Part shown: piece by piece, positions 1 through 10,157 of the stretch
How the letters are laid out: every line of letters starts with the position of its first letter
How positions within the stretch are numbered: position 1 is the first letter of the stretch
Source: a virus
Taxonomy: Duplodnaviria; Caudoviricetes
Reading direction: 5' to 3' (one strand)
Virus record (IMG/VR): IMGVR_UViG_3300042940_000907
Coordinates: 1 to 36,860 of that record
DNA: 36,860 nucleotides
The notes under the pieces: model-generated
Told to the model about the DNA's origin: nothing
The model's database searches: none
The model's input: only the letters and a program-made list of their open reading frames with translations
Translations under genes and position numbers: made by a program

Positions 1-2194
1 TACTACCCAAACAAACCCAGTAGCTAATATTCCTCGTTCAATGTCTTTCAATACGACAGACATCACTAACGGAGTATCTATATCAGGATCTACGAGTCCA
101 TTCAATACTTACATTAAAACAGAAAATCCAGGAGTATACGATATTCAATTTTCTGCCCAAATTGATAAAACAGATAGTGGTGCTGATGAAATAGTAATTT
201 GGCTCGCTAAAAACGGTACTGCTTTAACTGATACTGCTACTACTCTAACATTAACCGGTAATAACGATAAAGTTGTTGCAGCTTGGAACTGGTTTGTAAA
301 TTCAGCGGCAAACGATTACTATCAAATAATATGGTACTCAGCAGATACAGATTTAAGACTGTTAGCTGAAGTTGCAGGCGGAGGTCATCCTGGAATTCCT
401 TCGGTAATAGCAACAGTCAATAGAGTAGATCAGTTTTTAAGTAATAGTGGATCATTCAGCGGTTCATTTAGCGGAGCATTAACAGGTTCTTTGCACGGCA
501 CCGCTAGTTGGGCTCAAAACGCTTCAACAGCTTCTTACGTTCTAAATGCAGTTTCTAGTTCTTATGCATTCTCTGCTTCTAGCGCTATTAGTGCAAGCTT
601 AGCTGAAACCGCTTCTTACGTAGTAACAGCTCAGACAGCCAGTTACGTAGCTAACGCAGTTTCTTCTTCTTATGCATTCACAGCTAGTTCTGCCATCAAC
701 GCTTCTGCTTCTTTAACTTCCGTATCCTCTTCTTACGCTTTAACTGCGTCCTTTGCTCTAAACGGTGGAGGCGGAGGACTAAGCGCATTATTCATTGCAG
801 ACGAAGGGATCACACAAGGAACTGCTTCTTATATTAACTTCACAGGCGCAGGTGTTACAGCGGCAGTGAGCGCAGGAACTGCGTCTATCAATATTACTGG
901 TGGAGGTTCTGGAATTTCTGGTCTTTCTACCACCTTTACTCAATCCGTAGCTGCAAATACATGGACTTTCGTACACAATTTGAACACGAGATATCCTCTA
1001 ATTCAAGTTTACGACACGACATTTAACCAAGTTACTCCGCAATTCGTTTCCTCTTCTACTGCGGACACAGTTATCATAGGATTCGGAATTGCAACTGCTG
1101 GTTACGCTGTAGCATCTAACGGTGGAACGCTTTACGTAACTGGTTCTAACGTAATATTGGATCAAGCCGTAGCCGCAGCAACTTGGAGCTTTAACCACAA
1201 CTTAAACACGCAGTATCCTATCTTCCAAGTGTTCGATAGCGCAAACGAAGTGATCATACCTGAAAGAATAGTTGCAACCGATGCTACTTCGTCTTTATTC
1301 TATTTCCCATCACCAGTTGCAGGTAAAGCCGTAGCTTCCGTCGGCGGTATAAGCGGATCTATGGGATCAGGGGTTGGATTTCCATTCTCTGGCAGCGCTG
1401 TTATCACTGGTAGCTTCTTGGTTAGTCAATCTTTCGTTGACTTTAGCAAAACTACAGGCGTAAGTGGAAGCTTCACAGGCAGTCTCTTTGGCACTGCTTC
1501 TTACGCTACATTTGCACTGAGTTGTTCTTTTGCTCCGGGATTCACCACAAACATGAGTCAGTCAAGCGCTGCAACTACTTGGTCGTTTACCCACAACTTA
1601 AACACAATCAATCCAATCGTTCAGGTATATGATTTGACAAATGCTCAGATCATACCTAATCAGATCGTTGGAATGAACAATTCTACTGCCGAGATTAGAT
1701 TCGATTACGCTCAAGCCGGTTACGCTGTAGCTTCAAACGGAGGTGGACTTTACGTTACCGGTTCCACTTCAACATTGGTTCAAACAGTAGGAGCAGTTAC
1801 TTGGTCGTTCACTCACAATTTGAACAACAAGTACAACACTTACGAGGTATACGACGACAACGATTACGTGCTTATTCCTTCTGCAATAAAAGCTTTGACA
1901 AACAATACAGCAGAGTTATATTTCTCAGGACCACAAACCGGTAGAGCAGTCGCACAGTTCTCTGGAATTAACGGAGCTCCAAACGCAACCACTGCTTCAT
2001 ACGCTTTGACTGCAACTAGCGCTTCTTACGCTGCGACTGCTTCTTACTTGAACCCAATAACTAACAGCTACGTAGTGTTAACACAAGTTTCTCAAAGTTT
2101 GAATTTCGTTGACGATGTAGCGGCGGCAGCAGGTGGAGTGCCTTTGGGAGGTATTTATAGAAACGGAAACTTTATATTAATTAGATTATCGTAA
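1..2194 (+). CDS. Virion structural/fibre-associated repeat protein, probably 5'-truncated
   Basis: The frame is open from base 2 (TTQTNPVANIPRS-M41), so the gene probably starts upstream of the window. It has four repeats of Q..AA.TW.F.HNLN...(Q/E)V(Y/F)D....P and runs of TASY/SSSY. It lies upstream of the fibre array. Confidence 0.65.
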   Translation, partial: TTQTNPVANIPRSMSFNTTDITNGVSISGSTSPFNTYIKTENPGVYDIQFSAQIDKTDSGADEIVIWLAKNGTALTDTATTLTLTGNNDKVVAAWNWFVNSAANDYYQIIWYSADTDLRLLAEVAGGGHPGIPSVIATVNRVDQFLSNSGSFSGSFSGALTGSLHGTASWAQNASTASYVLNAVSSSYAFSASSAISASLAETASYVVTAQTASYVANAVSSSYAFTASSAINASASLTSVSSSYALTASFALNGGGGGLSALFIADEGITQGTASYINFTGAGVTAAVSAGTASINITGGGSGISGLSTTFTQSVAANTWTFVHNLNTRYPLIQVYDTTFNQVTPQFVSSSTADTVIIGFGIATAGYAVASNGGTLYVTGSNVILDQAVAAATWSFNHNLNTQYPIFQVFDSANEVIIPERIVATDATSSLFYFPSPVAGKAVASVGGISGSMGSGVGFPFSGSAVITGSFLVSQSFVDFSKTTGVSGSFTGSLFGTASYATFALSCSFAPGFTTNMSQSSAATTWSFTHNLNTINPIVQVYDLTNAQIIPNQIVGMNNSTAEIRFDYAQAGYAVASNGGGLYVTGSTSTLVQTVGAVTWSFTHNLNNKYNTYEVYDDNDYVLIPSAIKALTNNTAELYFSGPQTGRAVAQFSGINGAPNATTASYALTATSASYAATASYLNPITNSYVVLTQVSQSLNFVDDVAAAAGGVPLGGIYRNGNFILIRLS

Positions 2195-2195
2195 T

Positions 2196-3959
2196 ATGCC
2201 AATACAATTATCAGGCTCTTTAGTAATAACAGGTAGTATAACTACAACCGGTGGAATCACAATCTCCGGATCGATTCTTTCTGCTTCTTACTCCGACACA
2301 GCATCGTTTTCTAATAATTTTAGAGTGCTTGGAGATTTGACCGCTTCAACTGCAGTAATTACGGGGACTTTAACGGCTCAAACTTTGGTGGTACAAACAG
2401 TTACCTCTTCTATTGTTTATTCAAGCGGATCTAATATCTTTGGCAGCACGACTTCTAACTTACAAACTTTCACAGGATCTATTCAAGCTTCCGGTAGTTC
2501 TAGTCATTTTTTATTGGGGGGAAACGTTGGAATTGGAACTTCATCTCCAAGTGCCCCTTTAGAAATTTATGCTAGTTCTAATAGTAAATTAGTATTAAAC
2601 GCAACATTAAATACATCAAGCTATCAAAACCAAATAGATTTTAAAAACGCAGGAACTTCATCAGCATTTATACAATCCGGTAAAAACCCAGATAACACTG
2701 CCATAGGTCTGGCTTTTGGTACAACAACAGAGGTAATGCGTATAACAGGTAGTACTTTATATGTTGGTATAACTGGCTCAGTTTATTATAGCTCTCCAAG
2801 TTTAGTTGTAGGTTCTACTTTAGCAACATCAGTTCCTCTTCAAGTAGTATCAGATGCCTCAGGACGAAATATAAGATTATATAATGCTGAATATAATGGT
2901 TCAACTTCAGGCTCAACTTTAAGATTAGGATTTGTAGCAGGAAGTGGAAATGCATCGTCTGCTATACAAGCTTACGCTTTAGGCGAATCCACTACAGGTA
3001 ATTTAGTTTTAAATCCAAGTGGTGGTAACGTAGGCATAGCAAAATCATTTCCTAGCTATTCTTTAGATGTAGTAGGAGCTGTAAAAGCTTCAACATATTT
3101 TACTTCTGATTATTATAGAGATAGTAGATTAGAATCCATGTTATCATTTTCAAGCCCTAATGAAATTAGAGTAGGAAGTGGAACAGCTGCAGACTTTGTA
3201 ACAATTTTTTCAAACGCTACAGAAACAATGCGTGTTACTGGAAGTTGTGTTGGTATAGGTTATTCTAATCCTGGCGCATTTGTTGCATCAAGCGGATATG
3301 GTAATTTAGTTGTAGGTAATGGTTCAGGCGCACAAGGCGTAACAATATTTGGTGGTACAGCAGGTTCAAGTGGTTTAATGTTTGCTGACGCAACTTCAGG
3401 AACCGGTGCATATACAGGATATGTTTTATACAATCACTCAACTGATGCAATGGAATTAGCAGCAGGAGGTGGAACTCCAAGAGTAACTATTACAAGTAGC
3501 GGACTTAAATTTCAAAATGGAGCTTCATCTTTAAATTATTACGAAGAAGGCGTTTATACACCAACTCTTACAATGTCAACCTCAGGTACTGTAACAGCAT
3601 CAACGTGGTACAAATTGTATTATACTCGTATTGGAAGGTTAGTACATGTGTTTGGTGAAATTAGATTAACAAGCGCTTCTAGTCCAGTAGGAGCTTTAAA
3701 TATTAGTTTACCATATACTTCTGCGCCTGACGGAAATAGTGGCGGGGGTGCAGCTAATTTGCTTGCAAGAGGAGCTAGTAGTCCCGTTGAATCTTATTCT
3801 ATAGGCACTATTAATAGTAGCATATACATGTATTTAAGCGCTAATCAAACTACTATGCAACTTTATTACTTAATCAATGGCTCCAATGGAATTGTAGATG
3901 GTTCTATGATATCAGGCAACGAAGAAATTGGTATTAACATGACTTATTTAACATCTTAA
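2196..3959 (+). CDS. Tail fibre-like protein (array member 1)
   Basis: Partial shared module TAQTLVVQTVTSSIVYSSGSNIFG, GNVGIG/MRIT fibre repeats, and a C-terminal YEEGxxTP...YTRIGRLVHV domain typical of phage fibre tips. Confidence 0.7.
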   Translation: MPIQLSGSLVITGSITTTGGITISGSILSASYSDTASFSNNFRVLGDLTASTAVITGTLTAQTLVVQTVTSSIVYSSGSNIFGSTTSNLQTFTGSIQASGSSSHFLLGGNVGIGTSSPSAPLEIYASSNSKLVLNATLNTSSYQNQIDFKNAGTSSAFIQSGKNPDNTAIGLAFGTTTEVMRITGSTLYVGITGSVYYSSPSLVVGSTLATSVPLQVVSDASGRNIRLYNAEYNGSTSGSTLRLGFVAGSGNASSAIQAYALGESTTGNLVLNPSGGNVGIAKSFPSYSLDVVGAVKASTYFTSDYYRDSRLESMLSFSSPNEIRVGSGTAADFVTIFSNATETMRVTGSCVGIGYSNPGAFVASSGYGNLVVGNGSGAQGVTIFGGTAGSSGLMFADATSGTGAYTGYVLYNHSTDAMELAAGGGTPRVTITSSGLKFQNGASSLNYYEEGVYTPTLTMSTSGTVTASTWYKLYYTRIGRLVHVFGEIRLTSASSPVGALNISLPYTSAPDGNSGGGAANLLARGASSPVESYSIGTINSSIYMYLSANQTTMQLYYLINGSNGIVDGSMISGNEEIGINMTYLTS

Positions 3960-3970
3960 TAAAATATAAA

Positions 3971-4219
3971 ATGGCATTAACAGAAACAACAATAGTAGAT
4001 CAAATAGAAGTAACAAATTCAAATGTTATTCAAGTACGAGAAGCTTTAACTATAAAAAGAGACGAAGAAGTAATATCTAGTACTTTTCATAGATATACAT
4101 TATTTCCAGGAGATGATGTATCAAGTAAAGATTCAAAAATTCAAGCAATAGCTAACGCAATTTGGACAGAAGAAGTTATAGCAGCTTACAGAGCATCGTT
4201 ATCAACGCCTTTAATATAA
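3971..4219 (+). CDS. Small phage protein, probable tail fibre assembly chaperone
   Basis: 82 aa with D(Q)IEV..QVR...FHR...PG.D...AIANAIWT.EVIAAY, a pattern often seen directly after YEEGxxTP fibre genes. Function inferred from position. Confidence 0.5.
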   Translation: MALTETTIVDQIEVTNSNVIQVREALTIKRDEEVISSTFHRYTLFPGDDVSSKDSKIQAIANAIWTEEVIAAYRASLSTPLI

Positions 4220-4226
4220 AAGAAAG

Positions 4227-5756
4227 ATGATACTCAACTCACCATACATAACAGGATCAATAACAGTAACCGGCAACGCAAATGTCCAAGGCACTCTAAC
4301 GGTAACAGGCTCGTTGTCCGGCACCGCTACTTCTGCTAGTTTGGCGTTGAACTCGAACCTGCTCGAAGGCACTGGCTCGGTCGGCTTCTCAACTACGGCC
4401 TCTTTGTTGGCGGTCTCTAGCTCTCAACAGCAGATCAGCTCGAGCCTATTGAACGTTATTGCCAACTACGCTACTACGGGTTCGAACAGCTTTAGAGCAG
4501 ATCAGAGTATTACTGGTAGTTTGGTAGTTAGTTCTACTATTACAGCACAGACTTTGGTAGTTCAAACAGTTACTAGTTCAATTGTTTATAGTTCTGGTAG
4601 TAATATTTTTGGAAGTGCATTAACAGACAGACAGACTTTTACAGGGTCGGTTAATATTACAGGATCTACAACTTTAAATGGGGCTTTGACAGGAACTAGT
4701 GCTACGTTTAATGGTGATATAGCATATAATAACGTAGGGAATCAAAATCTTATTATCACAAGTGGCGCAGCTAACAATGGTAGAATGTACATTTATAGTG
4801 GAGGAGCGGCTGATATTGGTTTTCAAGCAAGCGGCAGTTCTTGGTTTTTAAATAAACTTGGAATAGGAACAAATAATCCTACTTATAAACTAGAAATATC
4901 GGGTTCAAGTGGAACTTTCTCATTTAATCCAAATCAAGCGAGTGCTATGATTATTAGAGGTTCTGTAACAGGAAACTTTGATATAAATAATGAAGGCACT
5001 AGCGGTGTTATGAGATTGTATGGTACTTCCATTCAATTAAGAACTGCTGCAGTAGACCCAGCATTAACCATAGCCTCAACAGGTGCAGCTACATTTGCAG
5101 GTAATGTTGGTATCACAATTGCTGATACTCCACAACTTTTACTAACGCATTCTAATACAAGCAAAACTTTCTTAATGGCAGTTGATAATAGTAATGCTTT
5201 TTTTAGGGCAAATTCTACTAATAGTATATTATTTCAAATAGCAGGTGGTACAACCGCATTAACCATAGCCTCGACAGGGGCAGCTACATTCGCTAGTAGT
5301 GTATATTTTAATGGTTCGGTTTACAATTTTGTGGGTGGTAATAAATATTTTGCAGCAGGTGGTGTTTATAATTATTTATATGCAGGTTCAACTCAATTAT
5401 CATTTGTTAATCAAGCAGATACAGCTGTTATAGCTACTATTAATGGATCAACAGGTGCTTATACTGCAACATCAGATATTAATAAAAAGAAAGATTTTGA
5501 AGCATCAACAATAGGTTTAAATGCAATATTAGGATTAAAACCTACTCTGTATAGAATGAAAGATGATACTGAAACATCTGAAAAACATTTAGGATTTATT
5601 GCTCAAGAAGTAAGAGAATTTATTCCACAAGCCTATATTGAACAAATAGACGGTGAAAGAACATTTATAGGACTTAAAGATAGGCCAATAATATCAGCAT
5701 TAGTAAAAGCAATCCAAGAACTAAAAGCAGAAATAGACGAACTAAAAAACAAATAA
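4227..5756 (+). CDS. Tail fibre-like protein with C-terminal peptidase S74 intramolecular chaperone (member 2)
   Basis: Shared module at 4467-4649. C-terminus TSDINKKKD...HLGFIAQEV...LVKAIQEL is the S74 pattern. Confidence 0.8.
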   Translation: MILNSPYITGSITVTGNANVQGTLTVTGSLSGTATSASLALNSNLLEGTGSVGFSTTASLLAVSSSQQQISSSLLNVIANYATTGSNSFRADQSITGSLVVSSTITAQTLVVQTVTSSIVYSSGSNIFGSALTDRQTFTGSVNITGSTTLNGALTGTSATFNGDIAYNNVGNQNLIITSGAANNGRMYIYSGGAADIGFQASGSSWFLNKLGIGTNNPTYKLEISGSSGTFSFNPNQASAMIIRGSVTGNFDINNEGTSGVMRLYGTSIQLRTAAVDPALTIASTGAATFAGNVGITIADTPQLLLTHSNTSKTFLMAVDNSNAFFRANSTNSILFQIAGGTTALTIASTGAATFASSVYFNGSVYNFVGGNKYFAAGGVYNYLYAGSTQLSFVNQADTAVIATINGSTGAYTATSDINKKKDFEASTIGLNAILGLKPTLYRMKDDTETSEKHLGFIAQEVREFIPQAYIEQIDGERTFIGLKDRPIISALVKAIQELKAEIDELKNK

Positions 5757-5760
5757 AGAA

Positions 5761-7656
5761 ATGATTCAATACTTTCCAATAGTAACCGGTTCTCTAACAG
5801 TAAATGGAGATCTAATAGTAACAGGAACTGGCAGCATGTCGGCTAGTTTGGCCTTGAACTCAAATCTGTTACAGGGCACCGGGTCTACAGGCTTCGCCAC
5901 TACCGCTTCTTTGTTAGCTGTCAGTTCTAGTCAACAACAAATCTCGGCCAGTCTACTTACTCTTACCGCTTCTTACACTGCGCTTAGCTCTAGCTACACG
6001 GCTTTGAGTGGCAGTTACAATACGTTCTCTGGTAGCGAATCTACAAGAATTACAAAAATAGAAAACAACTACGCTACGACTGGCTCCAATAGTTTTAGGG
6101 CCGATCAATCTATTACGGGTTCTCTAGTTGTTAGTTCTACTATTACGGCTCAAACGTTGGTAGTGCAGACTGTTACTTCTTCTATTTTATACTCAAGCGG
6201 TTCTAACGTTTTTGGAAATCAACTAGCTAATACACAGACTTTTACTGGTTCTGTTAATATTACTGGTAGCCAAACTATTTTTGGAAATGTTGGAATAAAT
6301 TATGCACCGCAATCATATATAAGAACATTCATATACGATAATAGCGCAAACTATGGTTTAGTAGTACAGCAAGATGGAAGTGGAGCAATAGCACAATTTG
6401 GTGGTAATAGCGGAGCGGTTAGAATGTATATAAGTGCCAGTGGAAATGTTGGAATTGGAGTTACTAATCCTACAAGACAGTTATTTGTTAATGACACTGT
6501 CTTTTTTGATAATGCCGGAAATGGCTCAACAACAAATCCTTCTATAGCTATTGGAAGTACTTCTCTTGGAATTTCCTATTTAGGAGGTAGTAACATGGCT
6601 TTATTAACGGGTGGATCAACTAAAATGTTTATCAGTGCTAGCGGTATTATAGGAATAGGAGCAACTATCCCAGTAGGAAAATTAAATTTAGTTGGAAGTA
6701 CAGCGCAATATATTGTTTTAACAAATACAGCTGCAGATGGTGTTACAGACGCTATACAAGGCGGAATAATAGGTCAATCAAGAGGTTCTGCAAATAATCT
6801 TGCACAAATGGCGTCTATTTTATTTAGAAATAAAGCAACTTCGCCTTGGTATAAAGGAGAAATAACTTTTAGTACAAATGATACTGATGGAACAGACCCA
6901 TCTGTAGCTGTAATAGAAAGAATGCGTATTACAAGTGCAGGAAATATAGGTATGGGCACTGCAACTCCAAATGGTCCTTTAGATATAGTAGGTACTCTTT
7001 ATGGAGGTTTATATACTTTATCTTTATATGATAGTGCAGCGGTAGCGGCTAATATTGGTGGAGGAATATATTTCGGTGGAAATTATACAGGAACTACTAA
7101 AACAGGTTGGGCAGGTATATTAGGAAGAAAAGATAATGCTACTGATGGAGAATATGGCGGATATATGGCATTCCAGACAAGAACTCACGGTACAGCTCCC
7201 GCAGAAAGAATGCGTATTGGAAGCGATGGTAAAGTCGGAATTGGAACTTCATCGTGGCATCAACCTTATACAAAGCTAATAGTTGCAGGCGCTATAGCCT
7301 ATAATAATAATACTGATGATGAAGTTTCTGATAATGGTTATGGACAATCCTTCGCTAAAAAAATAAATATTGTAGCTGGTAGTGGTGCTAATACAATTTA
7401 TAGTGCGGCTGGAAGTGAAGCGGCCTTATATGTTGTCACAGGTTTAAATTTAACTAGTGGCGCAAGATTCGTAGATTTAATCCTATATCTAGGCGCAGGA
7501 AGTACAGCACCAGTAGTTGTAGCTAGTCAAACATACTCCACCAGTGTAACCAGAACTTACGCAAATTCTGGAGAAAATTTAACTCTATCTCTAACAGGAA
7601 ATAGCAATACATATACTATTAGAATGACAGGTATGGGAGCAAACGAAAGAACATAA
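5761..7656 (+). CDS. Tail fibre-like protein (member 3)
   Basis: Shared module at 6070-6252 and several ERMRI/GNVGIG repeats. No S74 domain. Confidence 0.72.
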   Translation: MIQYFPIVTGSLTVNGDLIVTGTGSMSASLALNSNLLQGTGSTGFATTASLLAVSSSQQQISASLLTLTASYTALSSSYTALSGSYNTFSGSESTRITKIENNYATTGSNSFRADQSITGSLVVSSTITAQTLVVQTVTSSILYSSGSNVFGNQLANTQTFTGSVNITGSQTIFGNVGINYAPQSYIRTFIYDNSANYGLVVQQDGSGAIAQFGGNSGAVRMYISASGNVGIGVTNPTRQLFVNDTVFFDNAGNGSTTNPSIAIGSTSLGISYLGGSNMALLTGGSTKMFISASGIIGIGATIPVGKLNLVGSTAQYIVLTNTAADGVTDAIQGGIIGQSRGSANNLAQMASILFRNKATSPWYKGEITFSTNDTDGTDPSVAVIERMRITSAGNIGMGTATPNGPLDIVGTLYGGLYTLSLYDSAAVAANIGGGIYFGGNYTGTTKTGWAGILGRKDNATDGEYGGYMAFQTRTHGTAPAERMRIGSDGKVGIGTSSWHQPYTKLIVAGAIAYNNNTDDEVSDNGYGQSFAKKINIVAGSGANTIYSAAGSEAALYVVTGLNLTSGARFVDLILYLGAGSTAPVVVASQTYSTSVTRTYANSGENLTLSLTGNSNTYTIRMTGMGANERT

Positions 7657-7684
7657 TAAATAAAACAACCTTAGAAGCCAAATA

Positions 7685-7693
7685 ATATTTATA
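7685..7693 (+). promoter_or_regulatory. Putative late-promoter motif ATATTTAT(A)
   Basis: One of 11 intergenic copies (7685, 9177, 9228, 10166, 19450, 20241, 20523, 22773, 23358, 24427, 35532), each 13-34 nt before an ATG. Confidence 0.65.
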
Positions 7694-7698
7694 CCTAG

Positions 7699-9168
7699 AT
7701 GAACATATACCAACCAGTCATATCGGGCTCCCTAACAGTAACGGGGAGCACAACGTTTATAGGCAACATAACCATAAACTCGGGCAGTCTTACCATGACC
7801 TCTGGCAGTTTGACGGGCACCGCTAGTTTGGCGAGTAACTCTTTGTTGTTGCAGGGCACAGGATCTATAGGATTTGCAACTACGGCTTCCATGTTGGAGG
7901 TCTCTAGCTCTCAACAACAAATCAGCTCAAGTCAACAACAGATTTCGGCTAGTTTACTTAATGTTGTTGCCAATTACGCCACTACGGGTTCGAACTCTTT
8001 TAGAGCCGATCAATCTATTACTGGTAGTTTGGTAGTCTCTTCTACTATTACAGCACAGACTTTGGTGGTTCAAACGGTTACTTCTAGCATTGTTTATAGT
8101 TCTGGCTCTAATATTTTTGGAAGTGCATTGGGAGACAGACAGACTTTTACTGGTTCTGTTAATATTACTGGAAGTTTATCTTTAAATAATATAGCAATAC
8201 CTACTTCAGCTTCATTAGCATCAACTTATTTACCTTTAGCTGGTGGAACACTTACTGGTGCTTTAAGTGGTACAAGTGCTACGTTATCAAGTAGTTTGAC
8301 GATAGGAAACACTTTTAATATTAATACAGAGGCTTGGATACGATTTCTTGGCAACAATGTTTTATTAGCAGATGGAGATTTTACAATTTTACAAACAAGT
8401 GGGACAGGTTTAATGAGGTTTAGAAACAATTCTGCACAAAATTTATTAACATTAGCTAATAATGGTGCTGCTACCTTCTCTAGTAGTGTAACTATGGGTG
8501 GCGATTTAGTATTAACGCCAACAGATTCAGCTATAAGTTTTTCAAGCGGAGCGGCTAGATTTTTTACCGGCGGGCAAGAAAAAATGCGTATTACAAGCGG
8601 CAATGATGTAGGAATCGGCGCAACTACAATAACTAATCCAAATAGTATAGGTAGAGTATTAGAGCTTAAGTTAGCTAATTCTGTTGGAATTGTATTAAAT
8701 GATTCAAGAGATGCAAGCCCAATATGTCTTGAAAATAGAGGTGCGGTTTTTCATTTAACTTATGGAACAAAAAATCTTCTTGTATCAGATGGAACAAGTG
8801 GAAATTTAACAGTAAACACCTATGCTAACATTACTGGAGGAACCTTTAATGTTCCAGCAAGTACAACTAAAACAGTAACAGTAGCTTTTAATGGTGGAAA
8901 TATACACGCTTTTTTAGGTTTTTCATCTCAATCTGGTGGCATTACTGGTGCTGGTGCAAAAAGTATATTTTTAGGCGGTACAACAAATGATGGTTCAGGA
9001 CATACGCCAACAGTTATTTCGACTTTCTCTTATGGGGATCAAGTTGTTGGTGCTGCTACAACTAATACAAGTACTGGGTTTACTTTTACTATTACAAATA
9101 ATAAAGGCTCTGCAGTATCTTGGTCTTGGTCAGCATTTGGAAGTTATGGAAGTATAACAGTATCATAA
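7699..9168 (+). CDS. Tail fibre-like protein (member 4)
   Basis: Shared module at 7975-8157, YLPLAGGTLTGAL fibre motif, EKMRITSG repeat, beta-rich tip. Confidence 0.72.
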   Translation: MNIYQPVISGSLTVTGSTTFIGNITINSGSLTMTSGSLTGTASLASNSLLLQGTGSIGFATTASMLEVSSSQQQISSSQQQISASLLNVVANYATTGSNSFRADQSITGSLVVSSTITAQTLVVQTVTSSIVYSSGSNIFGSALGDRQTFTGSVNITGSLSLNNIAIPTSASLASTYLPLAGGTLTGALSGTSATLSSSLTIGNTFNINTEAWIRFLGNNVLLADGDFTILQTSGTGLMRFRNNSAQNLLTLANNGAATFSSSVTMGGDLVLTPTDSAISFSSGAARFFTGGQEKMRITSGNDVGIGATTITNPNSIGRVLELKLANSVGIVLNDSRDASPICLENRGAVFHLTYGTKNLLVSDGTSGNLTVNTYANITGGTFNVPASTTKTVTVAFNGGNIHAFLGFSSQSGGITGAGAKSIFLGGTTNDGSGHTPTVISTFSYGDQVVGAATTNTSTGFTFTITNNKGSAVSWSWSAFGSYGSITVS

Positions 9169-9240
9169 TAAAAATAATATTTATACTTAGATGAACATAA
9201 CTAATGCAATTTATGCCTAGTTAGAGCATATTTATACTAG

Positions 9241-9966
9241 ATGGCAATAGTATACAAGCACATAAGACTAGACACAAAAGAAGTATTTTATATAGGCATA
9301 GGAACTCAAAAGAGAAGAGCGTATTCTCAATATAAAAGAAGCAAACATTGGCACAGCGTAGTTAATAAAGCCGGACATACTGTCGAATTACTGCACGAGG
9401 ACATAGATTGGGAAACAGCTTGTGAAATAGAGAAAGAGCTGATTAAGTTACACGGAAGAAAAGATCTTGGATTGGGAACTTTGGTAAATATGACCGACGG
9501 TGGAGATGGAAGATTTGGAACGACTGCTTCTGATGAAACAAAAAAGAAAATGAGTCAATCTCATATCGGTTTGAATACATGGTCAAAAGGAGTAAAACGA
9601 CCTGAAGAGTTGGTTAAACAAATTACTCAAAGTGTAAGAGAATACTGGAAGCACAATACTAAAGCTCCAATGACAGAAGAAACAAAAGAGAGAATTAGAA
9701 ATAGTTTAGTTGGTAGACCTGGAACTTGGGTAGGAAGAACGCATAGCGAAGAGAGTTTGGAAAAGATGAAACTATCTCATGGTAGAGGAGAAGCTAATAA
9801 AAGATACGGACAAAAAAATTCAGCAGATACGATCAAAAAAATGAGTGAATCTGCAAAAAATAGAACTAAAATAAAAGCTGAATGTCCTCATTGTGGAAAA
9901 GTTGGAGAAACAAATGCAATGATGAGATGGCACTTTGATAAATGTAAATTAAAACAAACAATATGA
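9241..9966 (+). CDS. Free-standing GIY-YIG-type homing endonuclease with NUMOD3-like repeats and C-terminal Cys motif
   Basis: N-terminal IVY...FYIGIG..R, E.ELI and NMTDGGDG. Repeats SDETKKKMSQSH, TEETKERIR, HSEESLEKM, SADTIKKMSESA. C-terminal CPHCGK...WHFDKC. Confidence 0.8.
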   Translation: MAIVYKHIRLDTKEVFYIGIGTQKRRAYSQYKRSKHWHSVVNKAGHTVELLHEDIDWETACEIEKELIKLHGRKDLGLGTLVNMTDGGDGRFGTTASDETKKKMSQSHIGLNTWSKGVKRPEELVKQITQSVREYWKHNTKAPMTEETKERIRNSLVGRPGTWVGRTHSEESLEKMKLSHGRGEANKRYGQKNSADTIKKMSESAKNRTKIKAECPHCGKVGETNAMMRWHFDKCKLKQTI

Positions 9967-10157
9967 AATACATAGTATTAATGGAATTCCTCCCCGGGGT
10001 GCCCAACATATGGGTGGCTAGGTTAACACCAGAAGATCCAATCTACGAGTACGACACTTTAGAGGAGTGCGAGGCAAAAGCTGCAGAGTTACAAGCGGCC
10101 GACGAGACAGGCAGACTATATAAAGCGTCAGAACAACAAGACGGAGTTACTTACTAG
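9963..10157 (+). CDS. Hypothetical small acidic protein
   Basis: 64-aa ORF with an ATGA overlap with the endonuclease stop. It fills the gap before the next promoter-like motif. Confidence 0.6.
   Translation: MKYIVLMEFLPGVPNIWVARLTPEDPIYEYDTLEECEAKAAELQAADETGRLYKASEQQDGVTY

Larger units (their letters stand above)
7680..9199 (+). repeat. 28-bp direct repeat pair (7680-7707 and 9172-9199) bracketing fibre member 4
   Basis: AAATAATATTTATAC(C/T)TAGATGAACATA, 27/28 identical. Confidence 0.85.
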
